Under the pieces are notes generated by a model, which made no database searches, was not told the DNA's origin, and saw only the letters and a list, made by a program, of their open reading frames with translations. Below are positions 1 to 12,029 of a stretch of DNA of 46,807 nt, in pieces; positions within the stretch are counted from its first letter, which is position 1; each line of letters opens with the position of its first letter. Both the position numbers and the translations under genes were made by a program. Origin of the DNA: Chiloscyllium plagiosum (lineage: Eukaryota); contig NC_057719.1 of NCBI RefSeq assembly GCF_004010195.1, positions 57,445,861-57,492,667 of the forward strand. Reading direction: 5' to 3'.

Positions 1-281
1 AGTCAAATCCATCGAACTCAGCACCGCCTTCCTAACCTGCAATCTTCTTCCCGACCTCTCCGCCCCCACTCCCGTCTGACCTATCACCCTCACCTTGACC
101 TCTTTCCACCTATCACATTTCCGACGCCCCTCCCCCAAGTCCCTCCTCCCTACCTTTTATCTTAGCCTGCTGGACAAACTTTCCTCATTCCTGAAGAAGG
201 GCTTATGCCCGAAACGTCAATTCTCCTGTTCCCTGGATGCTGCCTGACCTGCTGTGCTTTTCCAGCAACACATTTTCAGCT
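1..281 (+). mobile_element. 3' tail of Penelope-like element (window starts inside it)
   Basis: Pyrimidine-rich tract, then cctgaagaagggcttatgcccgaaacgtc...gatgctgcctgacctgctgtgcttttccagcaacac; the same tail ends the RT/GIY-YIG-bearing copies at 19397-20955 and 41921-42785. Confidence 0.85.
187..222 (+). ncRNA. Minimal type-I hammerhead ribozyme motif (PLE-associated)
   Basis: CTGAAGA 191-197, stem II gggc-ttat-gccc 199-210, GAAA 211-214, cGTC cleavage triplet ending at 218; first stem I pair lost by G>A. Confidence 0.7.
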
Positions 282-378
282 CCTCTGTGTCCGTGCCATC
301 TTTAAAAGGCTGTTGAGCACCAAGACAAACACTTAGTCTGGAGCTGCCTTGCACAGTTCCTGACATGTTGCCCCAGGT

Positions 379-555
379 ATAGCAGACAGGAGGAAATTGT
401 ACACACACCTTTTGGGCATGGACTTGGAAGTTTTGCTGGTCAGGGAGATGCGGATGTGGGTCGTCTTCTTCCTCCAAGGCCAGCAGTTGAGGCCATGACA
501 TCAAACCATGCCAGCTTGTCCAAAGGTTGTCATTAGAGTTAAAGCAGTCTTAACT
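379..555 (+). pseudogene. Decayed Harbinger Myb/SANT-like DNA-binding ORF, cut by CR1 insertion
   Basis: Reads IADRRKLYTHLLGMDLEVLLVREMRMWVVFFLQGQQLRP*HQTMPACPKVVIRVKAVLT, resembling the F..DLEVL...W..V...V.AV pattern of Harbinger trihelix proteins. Confidence 0.5.
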
Positions 556-893
556 GTTGCCAGGAAGGTAAGTGAACAGTATAAATACTTACCTTTGAAG
601 CCGCAACATTTTTCCTGTCCGGGAGCAGGTGGGAAACAGAGCGGAGGTGACGTTGGGACCAGGAGGTTGCCAGGAAGTGAAGTGAACAACATATATTTGG
701 GCAGCGGCTAAACCCAAGAAACTACACATGTAGTATTCTATACGCCTCCGACACTTCAGGGAAAACTGCTCCAGCCCATTCAACTCCCCCCCCCAACCAG
801 AAGAAAAGGATGCTGTATGGTAAGGATTTTCTCTTTTATATATTTAAGTGCATTGTTTGGTCTTAGTTAGTTGAGATAAAGCTAAGGCTTACA

Positions 894-1823
894 ATGCCAG
901 GGGACTTCATACCCCTGGCACTCTTGTTTGATGTGGGAACTCAGGGCTGACGTCCCTGGCTCTTACACTTGCAAAAAGTGTGTCCAGCTGCAGCTGTTGT
1001 TTGACCACATGACAGCTCTGGAGCTGCAGATGGACTCACTGTGGAGCATCCGCGATGCTGAAAGGTCGTGGATAGCACGTTTAGTGAATTGGTCACACCG
1101 GAGATTTGAATTGTTGAGGGAGACAGTGAATGTGTGACCAAAAGGCAGAGAAAGAGTAGGAAGGCAGTGCAGGTGTCCCCTGCGGTCATCTCCCTACAAA
1201 ATAAGTATGCCGTTTTGAATAATGTTGGGGGAGATGGCTCACCAGGGGGAGAACAGCAGTTGCCAGGATCATGGCACCGTGGCGGGTTCTGCTGTTCAGA
1301 AGGATGGATAAAAGACTCATAGGGCCATAGTCATAGGGGATTCTGTTGTAAGGGGAGTAGATAGGCGATTCTGTGGCCAAAACTGAGACTCCCAGATGGT
1401 ATGTTGCCCCCAGGTGCTCGGGTCAGGGACGTCACCGATTGGCTGCAGAGCATTCTGAAGGGGGAGGGTGAACTGCCAATTGTCGTGGTGCATATAGGCA
1501 CCAATGATTTATAACTAAAAAACAGGTCCTGAAAGCAGAATTCAGGGAGCTAGGAGTGAAGTTAAAGAGAAGGACCTCAAAGGCAGTGATCTCAGGATTG
1601 TTACCAGTGCTAGCCAAGGTAGAAATGAAAGAATAGGCAGGATGCACATGTGGCTTGAGGGATGGTGTAGGAGGGAGCAGTTCAGATTTGTGGGACATTG
1701 GGACCAGATCTGGTGAAGGTGTGACTATTACAAATTGGATGGTCTCCACCTGAAGCAGACTGGTACTAATGTCCTTGGGGAAGCTTTTGCTATTGCTGTT
1801 GAGGAGGGTTCAAACTAATGTAG
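894..1823 (+). pseudogene. CR1 ORF1: zinc-finger/leucine zipper + SGNH (GDSL-like) esterase, disrupted
   Basis: YTCKKCVQLQLL..MTALELQMDSLW; RAIVIGDSVVRGVD; VVVHIGTND; YKLDGLHL motifs across frameshifts. Confidence 0.88.
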
Positions 1824-1959
1824 CAGGGGGCTGGGAACCTGAAGAGAAGACTAGTAGACAGTGAGGTGGAAACTAGAGACTAAGGAACAGGATCATGAAG
1901 TTAGCATTACGAAGGGGAAGAGCAGGCAGAGAGCAGATGAATGCAAAGGAACTTGTGGT

Positions 1960-4404
1960 CTGAAGTGCATCTGCTTTAATGCAAAGAATATAGTGGGTAA
2001 GGCAGATGAACTTAGGGCTTGGATTGGTGCCTGGGAGTATGACATTATTGCAATCACAGAGACTTGGTTAAAGGAAGGGTATGATTGGCAACTAAACATT
2101 CCAGGATATTGATGCTTCAGACAGGACAGGGAAGGAAGTAAAAGGGGGGGAGGAGTTGCATTCTGTCAGGGATGATATCACAGCTGTGCTAAAGGTGGAC
2201 GCTATGGAGGGCTTGAGAAGTGAGGCATTATGGATAGAGCTGAGAAATAAGAAGAGTGCAGTTACATTGTTGGGGCTGTACTACAGGAGCGTGAGGTAGA
2301 AGAACAAATAGGTAAACAGATTATGGAAAGATGTAGAGGCAACAGGGTGGTGGTGATGAGAGATTTTAATTTTCCCAACATTGACTGAGATACACTTAGT
2401 GGCTCAGTGCCTCACTGCTGCCTCACAGCGCCAGGGACCCGGGTTCGACTCCAGCCTTGGATGCCTGTCTGTGTGGTGTTTGCACATTCTCCCCATGTCT
2501 GCATGGACTTCCTCCGGGTGCTCCGGTTTCCTCCCACAGTCCAAAGGTGTGCACTTTAGGTGAATTGGTAATGCAAAATTGCCCATAGAGTTATATGCAT
2601 TAGTTAGGAGGGATGGGTCTGGGTGGGTTACTCATTGGAGGGTCGATGTGGACTAGTTGGGCCGAAGGGCTGTTTCCACGCTGTAGAGAATTTAATCTAA
2701 TCTAATTGCAATTTAATCTAAGAACAGAACAAGAATATCGGTAGAGTAGGACCAATCTTAAAGGAGGAATCAAGTGGGCTAAAAGGGGTCATGAAATAAC
2801 TTTAGCGAGCAGAATTAAGGAGAATCCCGCAAGAGAGTAACTAGAGAAAGGGTTGGTCCACTAAAGGATAAGGAAGGAAGGTTGTGTGTCAAAACTGAGA
2901 AAATGGGTGAGATTAGAGATAGAAGTTTGTTTACTCTGGATCACATTAACATAAGGAGGGAGGATGTGTTGGGTAAGCTAAAGGATATTAAGTTGGACAA
3001 ATCCCGAGGACCGGATGGGATCTATCCCAGGTTGCTGAGGGAGGCAAGAGAGGAAATAGCTGCAGCCCTGACAGATATCTTTGTAGCATCCTTAAACACA
3101 GGTTGTCTCCCTGTTTAAGAAGGATAGTAGGGATATTTCAGGTAACTACAGACCAGTGAGCCTGACGTCAGTGGTGGGAATGTTGCTGGAGAAGTTACTT
3201 AAATTTTGAAAAGAATGGGCTTATCATTGATAAGCAACATGGTTTTGTGCGGGGGAGATCATGCCTTACCAACTTAATAGAGTTCTTTGAGGAAGTGACC
3301 AAGTTGATAGATGAAGGAAGGGCTGTATATGTCATATACGTGGACTTTAGTAAGGTGTTTGATAAGGTTCCCCATGGTAAACTAATAGAGAAAGTGAAGT
3401 CACATGGTATGCAGGGTGTTCTAGCTAGGTGGATAAAGAACTGGTTGAGCAACAGGAAACAGAGTGTAGTAGTTGAAGGGAATTTCTCAAAATGGAGAAA
3501 GGTGACCAGTGGTGTTCCACGGGGATCAGTGCTGGGGCCACTGTTGTTTGTGATATCCATAAATGATCTGGAAGAGGGCATTAGTGGTCTGATCAGTAAA
3601 TTTGCAGATGACACATAGATTGGTGGAGTAACAGAAAGCATAGGGGACTGTCAAAGAATACAGGAGAACATAGATAGACTGGAGAGTTGGCCGGAGAAGT
3701 GGCAATCTGTGAAAATGTGAGGTTTTGCATTTTGGAAGGTCTAATTCTATAGCGAAATATACTGTAAATGGAAAAGTCGATGAGCAGAGACATCTGGGAG
3801 TTCAGGTCCATTGTACCCTGAAGGTGGCTGCACAGGTGGATAGAGTGGTCAAGAAGGCATATGGTATGCTTGCCTTCATCATACGGGGTGTTGAGTTTAA
3901 GAGCTGGCAGGTCATGTTAAAAATGTACAAGACTTTGGTTTGGCCGCATTTAGAATACTGTGATACTGTGTACAGTTCTGATCACTACATTAACAAAAGG
4001 ATATGGACTCTTTGGAGATGGTGGAGAGAAGGTTTACGAGGATGTTGCCTGGTATGGATGGTGCTAGCTATGAAGAGAGGTTGAATAGGTTAGGGTTGTT
4101 TTCATTAGAAAAAAGTGGATTGAGGGGAGACCTGATTAATGTCTACAAAATCATGAAGGGTATAGACAGGGTGGATAGAGATAAGCTTTTTCCCAGGGTG
4201 AGGGATTCAATAACAAGAGGTAATGCATTCAAGGTGAGAGGAAAAATGTTTAAGAGGAATACATGCGGAAAGTACTTTACACAGGGGGTGGTAGGTGCCT
4301 GGAACTCATTGCCAGTAGAGGTAGGCACGGTAGATTCATTTAAGGTATGTCTGGACAGATGCATGAGTAGGTGGGGATACAGATCCTTAGGAATTGGGCG
4401 ATAG
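1960..4404 (+). pseudogene. CR1 ORF2: APE endonuclease + reverse transcriptase, disrupted
   Basis: [92 protein letters not shown]. Confidence 0.92.
2398..2721 (+). mobile_element. HE1-like tRNA-derived V-SINE (5'-clipped) inside CR1 ORF2
   Basis: tggctcagtg A-box, ggttcgact B-box, V-domain tttgcacattctccccatgtctgc..ttcctccgggtgctccggtttcctcccacagtccaaa, (aatct)n tail. Confidence 0.88.
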
Positions 4405-4716
4405 GTTTAAATTGGGAATCTAAACCTCCCATCTCCCCTTTGTGTCTGTTGTGCCATCAATTACATCTCTATTTAATACCTCTCTCACTCTCTCTCTCTC
4501 ATTTCTGTTGAAATACAGCCTTGACAGGGCAAAAAGACTGATGACAGGTGATGTGCTGCTCATCATTCAGTTCTTCACCCCCTATGACCAAGTGGCTGAC
4601 TGACAATATCCAAACCATGCAGTCATAGAGTTTTTACAATACAGAAAGTGTCCATTCAACCCATTGCGTCTGTGTCAGTCTTGAAATATCCATCTACTCT
4701 AAGCCCTATTCAATGT

Positions 4717-7331
4717 TAGAACATAGAACATCACAGCGCAGTACAGATCCTTCTCTGTTGCGCTGACCTGTGGAACCAATCTGAAGCCCATCGAGCCTAT
4801 ACTATTCCATTCTCATCCATATGTCTATCCAATGACCATTTAAATGCCCATAAAGTTGGTGAGTCTACTACTGTTGCAGGCAGCGCGTTCCACTACTACT
4901 CTTTGAGTACAGAAACTACATTTGACATTTGTCCTATATCTATCACCCCTCAATTTAAAGCTATGTCCCCTTGTGCTAGCCATTGCCATCCGACGAAAAT
5001 TGCTCTCACTGTCCAACGTATCTAACCCTCTGATTATCATATCTCTCAATTCAGTCACCTCTCAACCTTCTGTCTAATGAAAACAGCCTCAAGTCCCTCA
5101 GCCTTTCCTCGTAAGATCTTCCCTCCATACCAGATGACATCCCAGTAAATCTACTCTGAACCCTTTCCAAAGCTTCCACATCTTTCCTATAATGCGGTGA
5201 CCAGAACTGTACACAATACTCGAAATGTGGCCGCACCAGAGTTTTGTACAGATACAGCATGATCTCATGGTTCTGAAATTCAATCCCTCTACCAATAAAA
5301 GCTAAGACACCATCTGCCTTCTTAACAACCCTATCAACCTGGGTGGCAACTTTCAAGGACCTATGTACCTGGACACCGAGATCTCCCTGCTCATCTACAC
5401 TACCAAGAATCTTACTATTAGCCCAGTACACTGCATTCCTGTTACTCCTTCCAAAGTGAATCACCTCACACTTTTTCACATTAAACTCCACTTGCCACTT
5501 CTCAGCCCAGCACTGCAGCTAATCTGTGTAACCTACAACATCCTTTGTCATTACCCACAACTCTACTGACCTTAGTGTCATCTGCAAATTTACTAACCCA
5601 TCCTTCTATGCACTCATCCAGGTCATTTGTGAAAATGACAAACAACAGTGGACGCAAAGCAGATCCTTGCAATACTGCACTAGTAACTGAACTCCAAGAT
5701 GAATATTCCCATCAACCAGTCTTCTTTCAGCTAGCCAATTTCTGAGCCACACGCTAAATCCCCCTCAATTTCATGCCTCCATACTTTGTGCAATAGCCTG
5801 CCATGGGGAACCTTATCAAATGCCTTACTGAAATCCATATACACCACATCAACTGCTTTACCCACATCCACCTGTTTCATCACCTTCTTTAAGAACTCAA
5901 TAAGGTTTGTGAGGCATGACCTACCCTTCACAAAACCATGTTGACTATCCTGATCAACTTATTCCTCTCCAGATGATTATAAATCCTATCTCTTCTAACC
6001 CTTTCCAACACTTTACCCACAACCAAAGTAAGGCTCACAGGTCTATAATTACCATGTTTGTCTCTACACCCCAGCCCCCTTGAAGAAGGGAGCAACATTT
6101 GCTATCCTCCAGCCTTCTGGCACTATTTCTGTAGATAATGATGACATAAAGATCAAAGCCAAAGGCACGGCAATCTCCTCCCTGGCTTCCCAGAGAATCC
6201 GGCCCAGGGGACTTATCTATTTTCAAACTTTCCAGAATTGCTAACACCACCTCTTTATGCTCTTCTAGTCACCTGTACCTCAGTATTCTCGTCAACCATA
6301 TTGTCTTTTTCTACTGTGAATATTGACAAAATGTATTCATTTAGTGCTTTCCCTACCTCCTCTGATTCCACGCACAACTTCCCACTCCTATGCTTGATTG
6401 TGATAATCTTTCTTTTATTCCTGATACACCTATAGAAAGCCTTAGGGTTTTCCTTGATCCTATCCACCAACGACTTCTCATGTTCCCTCCTGGATCTTCT
6501 TAGCTCTTTAGGTTTTTTCTGGTTAACTTGTAACTGTCAAGTGCCCTAACTGAGCCATCACATCTCATCCTAACATAAGCCTTCTTCTTCCTCTTGACAA
6601 GAGATTTAACTTCCTTAGTAAGCCACGCTTGACACCCTCCTCCCTACATGACGAGTGCATATCAAGGACACGCAGTAGCTGTTCCTTGAATAAGCTCCAT
6701 ATTTCAATTGTGCCCATCCCCTGCAGTTTCCTTCCCCATCCTATGCATCCTAAATCTTGCCTAATCACATCATAATTGCCTTTCCCCCAGCTATAACTCT
6801 CGCCCTGCAGTGTATACCTTTCCTTTTCCATCACTAAAGTAAATATAACCGAATTGTGGTCACTATCACCAAAGTGCTCACCTACCTCCAAATCTTATAC
6901 CTGGTCAGGTTCATTACCCAGTATCAAATCTAATCTGGCCTCACCCCTTGTTGGCCTATCTACATACTATGTCAGGAAACCCTCCTGCACACATTGGACG
7001 AAAACTAACCCATTTAAAGTACTTGAACTATAGGGGGGGTGGAGTGGCAGTGTTAGTCAAGGACAGTATTATGATATTCCCAGTCAATATTTGGAAAGTT
7101 AAAATCCCCCATAGCAACTACCCTGTCACTCTTGCATCTATCGAGGATCATCTTTGCCATCCTTTCTTCTGCATCTCTGGAACTATTTGGAGGCCTATAG
7201 AAAACTCCGAACAGGGTAACCTCTCCTTTCTTGTTTCTAATCTTAGCCCATACTACCTCAGTTGACGAATCCTCAAACTTCCTTTCTGCAACCATAATAC
7301 TGTCCTTGACTAACACTGCCACTCCACCCCC
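4717..7331 (-). mobile_element. 5'-truncated degenerate CR1 LINE (APE end through RT and 3' tail)
   Basis: ORF track: [66 protein letters not shown]; (tagaaca)n tail at about 4717. Confidence 0.92.
7035..7331. repeat. Perfect 39-bp inverted repeat (7035-7073 / 7293-7331)
   Basis: gggggtggagtggcagtgttagtcaaggacagtattatg and its exact reverse complement; GGGVAVLVKDSIM appears on both strands of the ORF track. Confidence 0.9.
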
Positions 7332-9737
7332 GTCTTGACTAATAAAGGCAAGTATCCCATATTCTGCCTTCAGACTTGCATTATTCACGACATATTGTAA
7401 CTGGGTCCCCTGAATATAGATTGTCTCTCTTGACTTGGCTGGGGCCTGCCATGACAAGCTTCCTACCTTTGTATCTGCACTAAACGTCAAGGCATGACAG
7501 CAGTAATATGAAATTGACGGGCAAACAAAAGAGTAAGGCAATGAAAGACAGGGATGCTGAGAGTGTCCAGGTAGGTTCAGGGTGAGAATGCAGTTGCAGT
7601 GAGCAAGAGTTCATAGATGAAGCCTGGTCCAGTCCATGAGCTCAGTGCATGTCCCCTGAGTGCACAGTGTTCTTGCAGCAGCATCGCAATGAGAATTGCA
7701 ATGCAGTAGCACCCTGTGGGTGAATTCAAGATGTGCCATGACTTGTTTTGGAAGCTGGTCTTATCATATCTGATGCCAATGTTTGTAGATGTGAGGTGTG
7801 TGTGGCAGTGCACAAGGAGTGTGCTCTGAGATGTCGATGCCCCATGTCCAAATAGACATCCTTCCAAGCACAATGTGAACTGAATTTGCCAGCTCTGATA
7901 TCCATGTCAAGTTTTCTTTGTCTAGCTTTTTGTTACATTTGGTAAGTTAGGAAACTGGGTATTAATGACAGATATTGGGCAATTAATAAGGCTTTAACAA
8001 ACAATAACCCCCTTTAAATGGCAACTTGGTGCAGCCTAGCAAGAAACCGGCCACACTGCTTGCCATAAGCATAAAAGATGGAGTGAGATGCTCCTGATGT
8101 CAAGATTAGCCTTGCTGTTCTTCTCATCTGCTTCTACCACAAATTTTGCCGTAGCCCACGTCACTCAGACTCCTGTACGATTCCAGCTATTGGAAGATAG
8201 ATAGTGTAACTTGTACCTATTTGCTAGCATGTAATTATTTAAGGTAAGATATTCTTGTTTGAATGGCAGGTGGCTTTCCTCTTGCACACTAGACCAAGCA
8301 GACCCTGCTGATTCCTACCAGGAAAGAGGGTGGTGGCAACAAATCTATCTGATAGACTTTATGTCATGGTGAGCTGTGATGAGGATTCATCTGACAACAT
8401 GGTGGCAAATATTACAGACTGTATTCAGCTTCAGCATACAAAACATTGGCAGCTACTAAGATCTGAATATTCTTCAGACATAGCTTTAAAAGGCTGTTCG
8501 AGCAACTGAAAGAGCTGAACAGAGAACCATACAGAAGAGATCTTTGTGGAGAAATTCTACAAGGCATAATCTACAGTTGATGGTCAAAAACATTTCAGAC
8601 CTAGTAAAGGACATGCAACAATGTGTATGAGCTGGGGACTCCATGCAATTAATCATACTGAGACAGTTACAGATATAGCAGTCGTCCCAAGTCATGGTTT
8701 AGCTGGTGAGTGAACAGATGTTAGGGGGTCTATGAATAAGGTTAAAATGCCTGATGGGCAAGGGAGTACTTTGCTTAAAAAAGTGCAGACTTTGAAAGCT
8801 GGAAGCAAATGAAGCACTTGAAGCTCAGTTTGAGCATGGCTGAAGCCCATGAAACGCATCTATAACCAGGGATATCATGAGCCACAGAAACAGTTTAAAT
8901 TAGGTTACAAACCTGCCAAAGTCAGACTTAAATGTAAAAATTACAAGTCTAAATGGGAAAAATTGAATGGAAAAAGAAAGTTAGAAGGTGACTGAGGCTG
9001 TTGAAAAAACAAATAAGAAAATATGCCTAAAATGGCTTTGGCAGTCGTAATAGTGAGTGAACTCTAGGCAATTGTGCTTTGACCATTTTGAACCTAGAGA
9101 GAATTGGAGGGGATGAATATTCAGGTAAGTATTGCATGTTATACAGTTTAGTTACATGTGCAAATTCACTGTAGAAGTCACTTTTTTTAACCAATCTGTT
9201 TAATTTGATATCTATAAATCATTGTGTTAAACCACAGATAACAAGACTCTTTTCAGAAGGCAACCATGAGGCAGTGGAGGTTATTAGTGGTGTCACAAAC
9301 AATAGGAATTGTCCAGAGAAATATTTAAAAGAATGGGATACATCTTATAAAGCAGTGAATAACAGAAGTCATTTACTGAAATTGTGATTTGGAGCAGACA
9401 TCATTTGTTAAAAGTTACAAGCAGCAGGATTCAGTCTGTAAAGCCAGTAAGGAAACAGAAATTATTTGTTATGCCTGTGATTGTAAAAGGTGGGATCCCT
9501 CCATTTGACTTTACAAACAGAGGAAAATTTTCCCATGTAGTAGTACAGAATAGCAACATTGCTATACTGCATTAATAGCCTTTACAACAAGGAAAATAAA
9601 TAACTGCATGAGTTATGCAGAGACATGTCAATAAAAAAAAAACTAGCAGAAAGATTTGATATGGTTTGTCACATGAAATATACAATTGTACATGTAGGAG
9701 AAAAGAATTCTTGAGATACAGAATTGCTCCCAAAACA

Positions 9738-10037
9738 GGGACAGCACGGTGGCTCAGTGATTAGCACTGCTGCCTCACAGCACCAGGGTCCTTTGTTCAA
9801 TACCGTCCTCGGGCGACTGTCTGTCTGGAGTTTGCACATTCTCCCCTTGTCTGCGTGGGCTTCCTCCGGGTGCTCCAGTTTCGTCCCACAGTCCAAAGAT
9901 GTGCAAGCCAGGTGAATTGGCAATGCGAAATTGCCCATATTTAGGTGCATTAGTCGGGGTGGGGGGGGTTGGTGTGGATTTGTTGGGCACAAGGGCCTGT
10001 TTCCACACTGTAGGGAATCTAATCTAATCTAATCTAA
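9738..10037 (+). mobile_element. HE1-like V-SINE, full length
   Basis: gggacagcacggtggctcagtgattagcactgctgcctcacagcaccaggg tRNA-like head, V-domain, gggcctgtttccacactgtagggaatctaatctaatct tail. Confidence 0.9.
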
Positions 10038-10719
10038 TTACTACAGTCTAATCAGAAGTTGAGCAAATAAATACACTTTCATACTTAAGGACTATAGCTG
10101 ATGATGCTATAGCTCACCATTCCTATGGCCCTCCTCTCATTCAATGCAAGCACTGTTCAGATATCCCAGAATAGACCAGCATCTCTGATAGTGGCACCAT
10201 TTTATAACCATAGCCAAACACATGGACAAGCATTGGCAGTCTGGAATTGACCTGCAAGGTCAATATAGTGTGACAGCAGCCACAAACACATGCCTCTCAG
10301 GGTACATGGGGTGGCATGACCTGCACATCTTCACAAATGCAATTCAACTTTCTTACCCCAGTCGCTCTTCAACGTCCAGGCCACACAGCTTATTTTCTTC
10401 AGCCACATCCCATCTTTCCACACTGTCTAAGTCACCATAAATCTTTCCTCAATTCACTCTGTTGACCAACATCTTATCATCGTTCAGTTGGAGGACTATA
10501 ACATACAGTTAAGACATCAAACAAATTTAAAGTGTATCTTTTATTTTACAAACACCAGAAGTAAACAGACATTGAATTTCTCTCCCAGATAATAAATGGA
10601 TTGCTTACATGATGACCAGTAGCTATTTACTGTCAAGGATTGAGACTGCATCCAGTGTCAATCAAGTCCAATGTAGTTTCCAGCACCTGACTTAGCTGAG
10701 CTCTGCCTGGCCTAGCTGA

Positions 10720-11200
10720 GCTCTGTTCCTCCTCCTCAGTATCTTCTTATTCCTCCTCAGAAGACTACTCCCACTCACCTAATACCTCAGCATCCATCAC
10801 ATCCCCTTGTCTTGCTTGAGCTGTGCTAAGCCAGCTTTGCTTCCGAATCCTATTGCCCAGGTTGCAGCACTGACATTGTCACAGAGGAATGAAATAAACT
10901 GGTTTGGTCTCATATAAATAACATCTATCAATGATGCATTTCCGAATGGATAACCGAGACCTTCATAGCTTCATAGAAGGAACCAGTTGCATCGAAATTC
11001 AACATGTCCGTCACCTTCACAGCTGCTGGGAGAATGGAAACTGATTTCTTCAGGTTTGAGGCCCCAGACCAGCAGCTGGTAGAGTTTAATCAAGGTCTCC
11101 AGGGCAACTCAGAGCCTGTATCAACACTCTGGCTCAGTCATGAAGAAAATGGCTTTGAGGACTAAACATGCTGGCTCTCCTGAACCCAGACGCATCTTGA
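10720..11200 (-). pseudogene. Harbinger (HARBI1-type) transposase remnant, internally deleted
   Basis: Minus strand reads FFMTEPEC*YRL*VALETLIKLYQLL ... ILPAAVKVTDMLNFDATGSFY ... DVIYMRPNQFISF, then an acidic tail; resembles the HARBI1-family N-terminal HTH (LPVAVKVTAALNFYASGSFQ-type). Confidence 0.65.
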
Positions 11201-11946
11201 GTGGTCCCGTAATGGCAACCTTCTCCTGTTTTGGAGACTCATCGGCTCCATGTCAGTTTGTCACCGCTGCTCCTGTTCCATCTCCTTGTGCTGCCTTTGC
11301 CACGCAGCCATTGCAAAGAGCACACTTCCTATAGCTAGATCCAGCACTTATGTTGTGGTGAACCTGTCCTGAGAACATTAGAAACAGAACATGTATTGGC
11401 TCTGAGAAGTCAGCTGAACACTCTCCCCCATATCATAAGACATGGGTAACCCTGACAAGGATGCCCATATTGAATTGTCATGGGACTTTCAGATAGGTAT
11501 TTAGATTGAAAAGTTACGCCACCGAGAGTGTGGCAAATGCATAACAATATAATGGAAATGATCAATGTGTACTGCACCCTTTCCTTCCAAGCCCCACATC
11601 ACCCACAAAACTTACCATGAAAAAGGAGAGTGTTCACTAATCCTTAGTTGAGGTGGAAAGGGATTTAGATCTGTTCTTCACTGCAACCTTAGATGTCTCA
11701 CAGATAGTGTTTCTATTGTAGCCTACAGTTGCCTCTTTAAATATTGTCTGGGATCTTTGTATCTGCTTCATGGAGATATCTGTGCAATCCGAACATTGTT
11801 TCTGACCAACATTTGCATCCCCTACACCTGTATGCTCTATGTATTTCACAGTGGTATGATTGCAAAGATGTGAACCTGCATTCTGCAAGTACGTGATTGA
11901 TGCAAAGTTGTGAAAGTGCTTCTAAGATGTGCAATGATGGGAGAGA

Positions 11947-12029
11947 AAGCGCTTATGCCCGAAACGTCGATTTTCCTTCTCCTTTGATGCTGCCTGACCT
12001 GCTGCGCTTTTCCAGCAACACATTTTTAA
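11947..12029 (+). mobile_element. 83-bp PLE-tail insertion with 16-bp TSD
   Basis: gcttatgcccgaaacgtcgatt...ccagcaacacattttta flanked by gcaatgatgggagaga at 11931-11946 and 12030-12045. Confidence 0.9.

Larger units (their letters stand above)
556..4415 (+). mobile_element. Near-full-length degenerate CR1 LINE
   Basis: 5'UTR with a repeat at 110-bp spacing (gttgccaggaag..aagtgaaca at 556 and 666), then ORF1 and ORF2 (APE + RT) in order, broken by frameshifts and stops. Confidence 0.92.

Noticed and set aside
9738..9815. tRNA-like sequences here and at 2398, 23654 and 28407
   Set aside because: These are SINE heads continuing into SINE core and tail; no complete cloverleaf.
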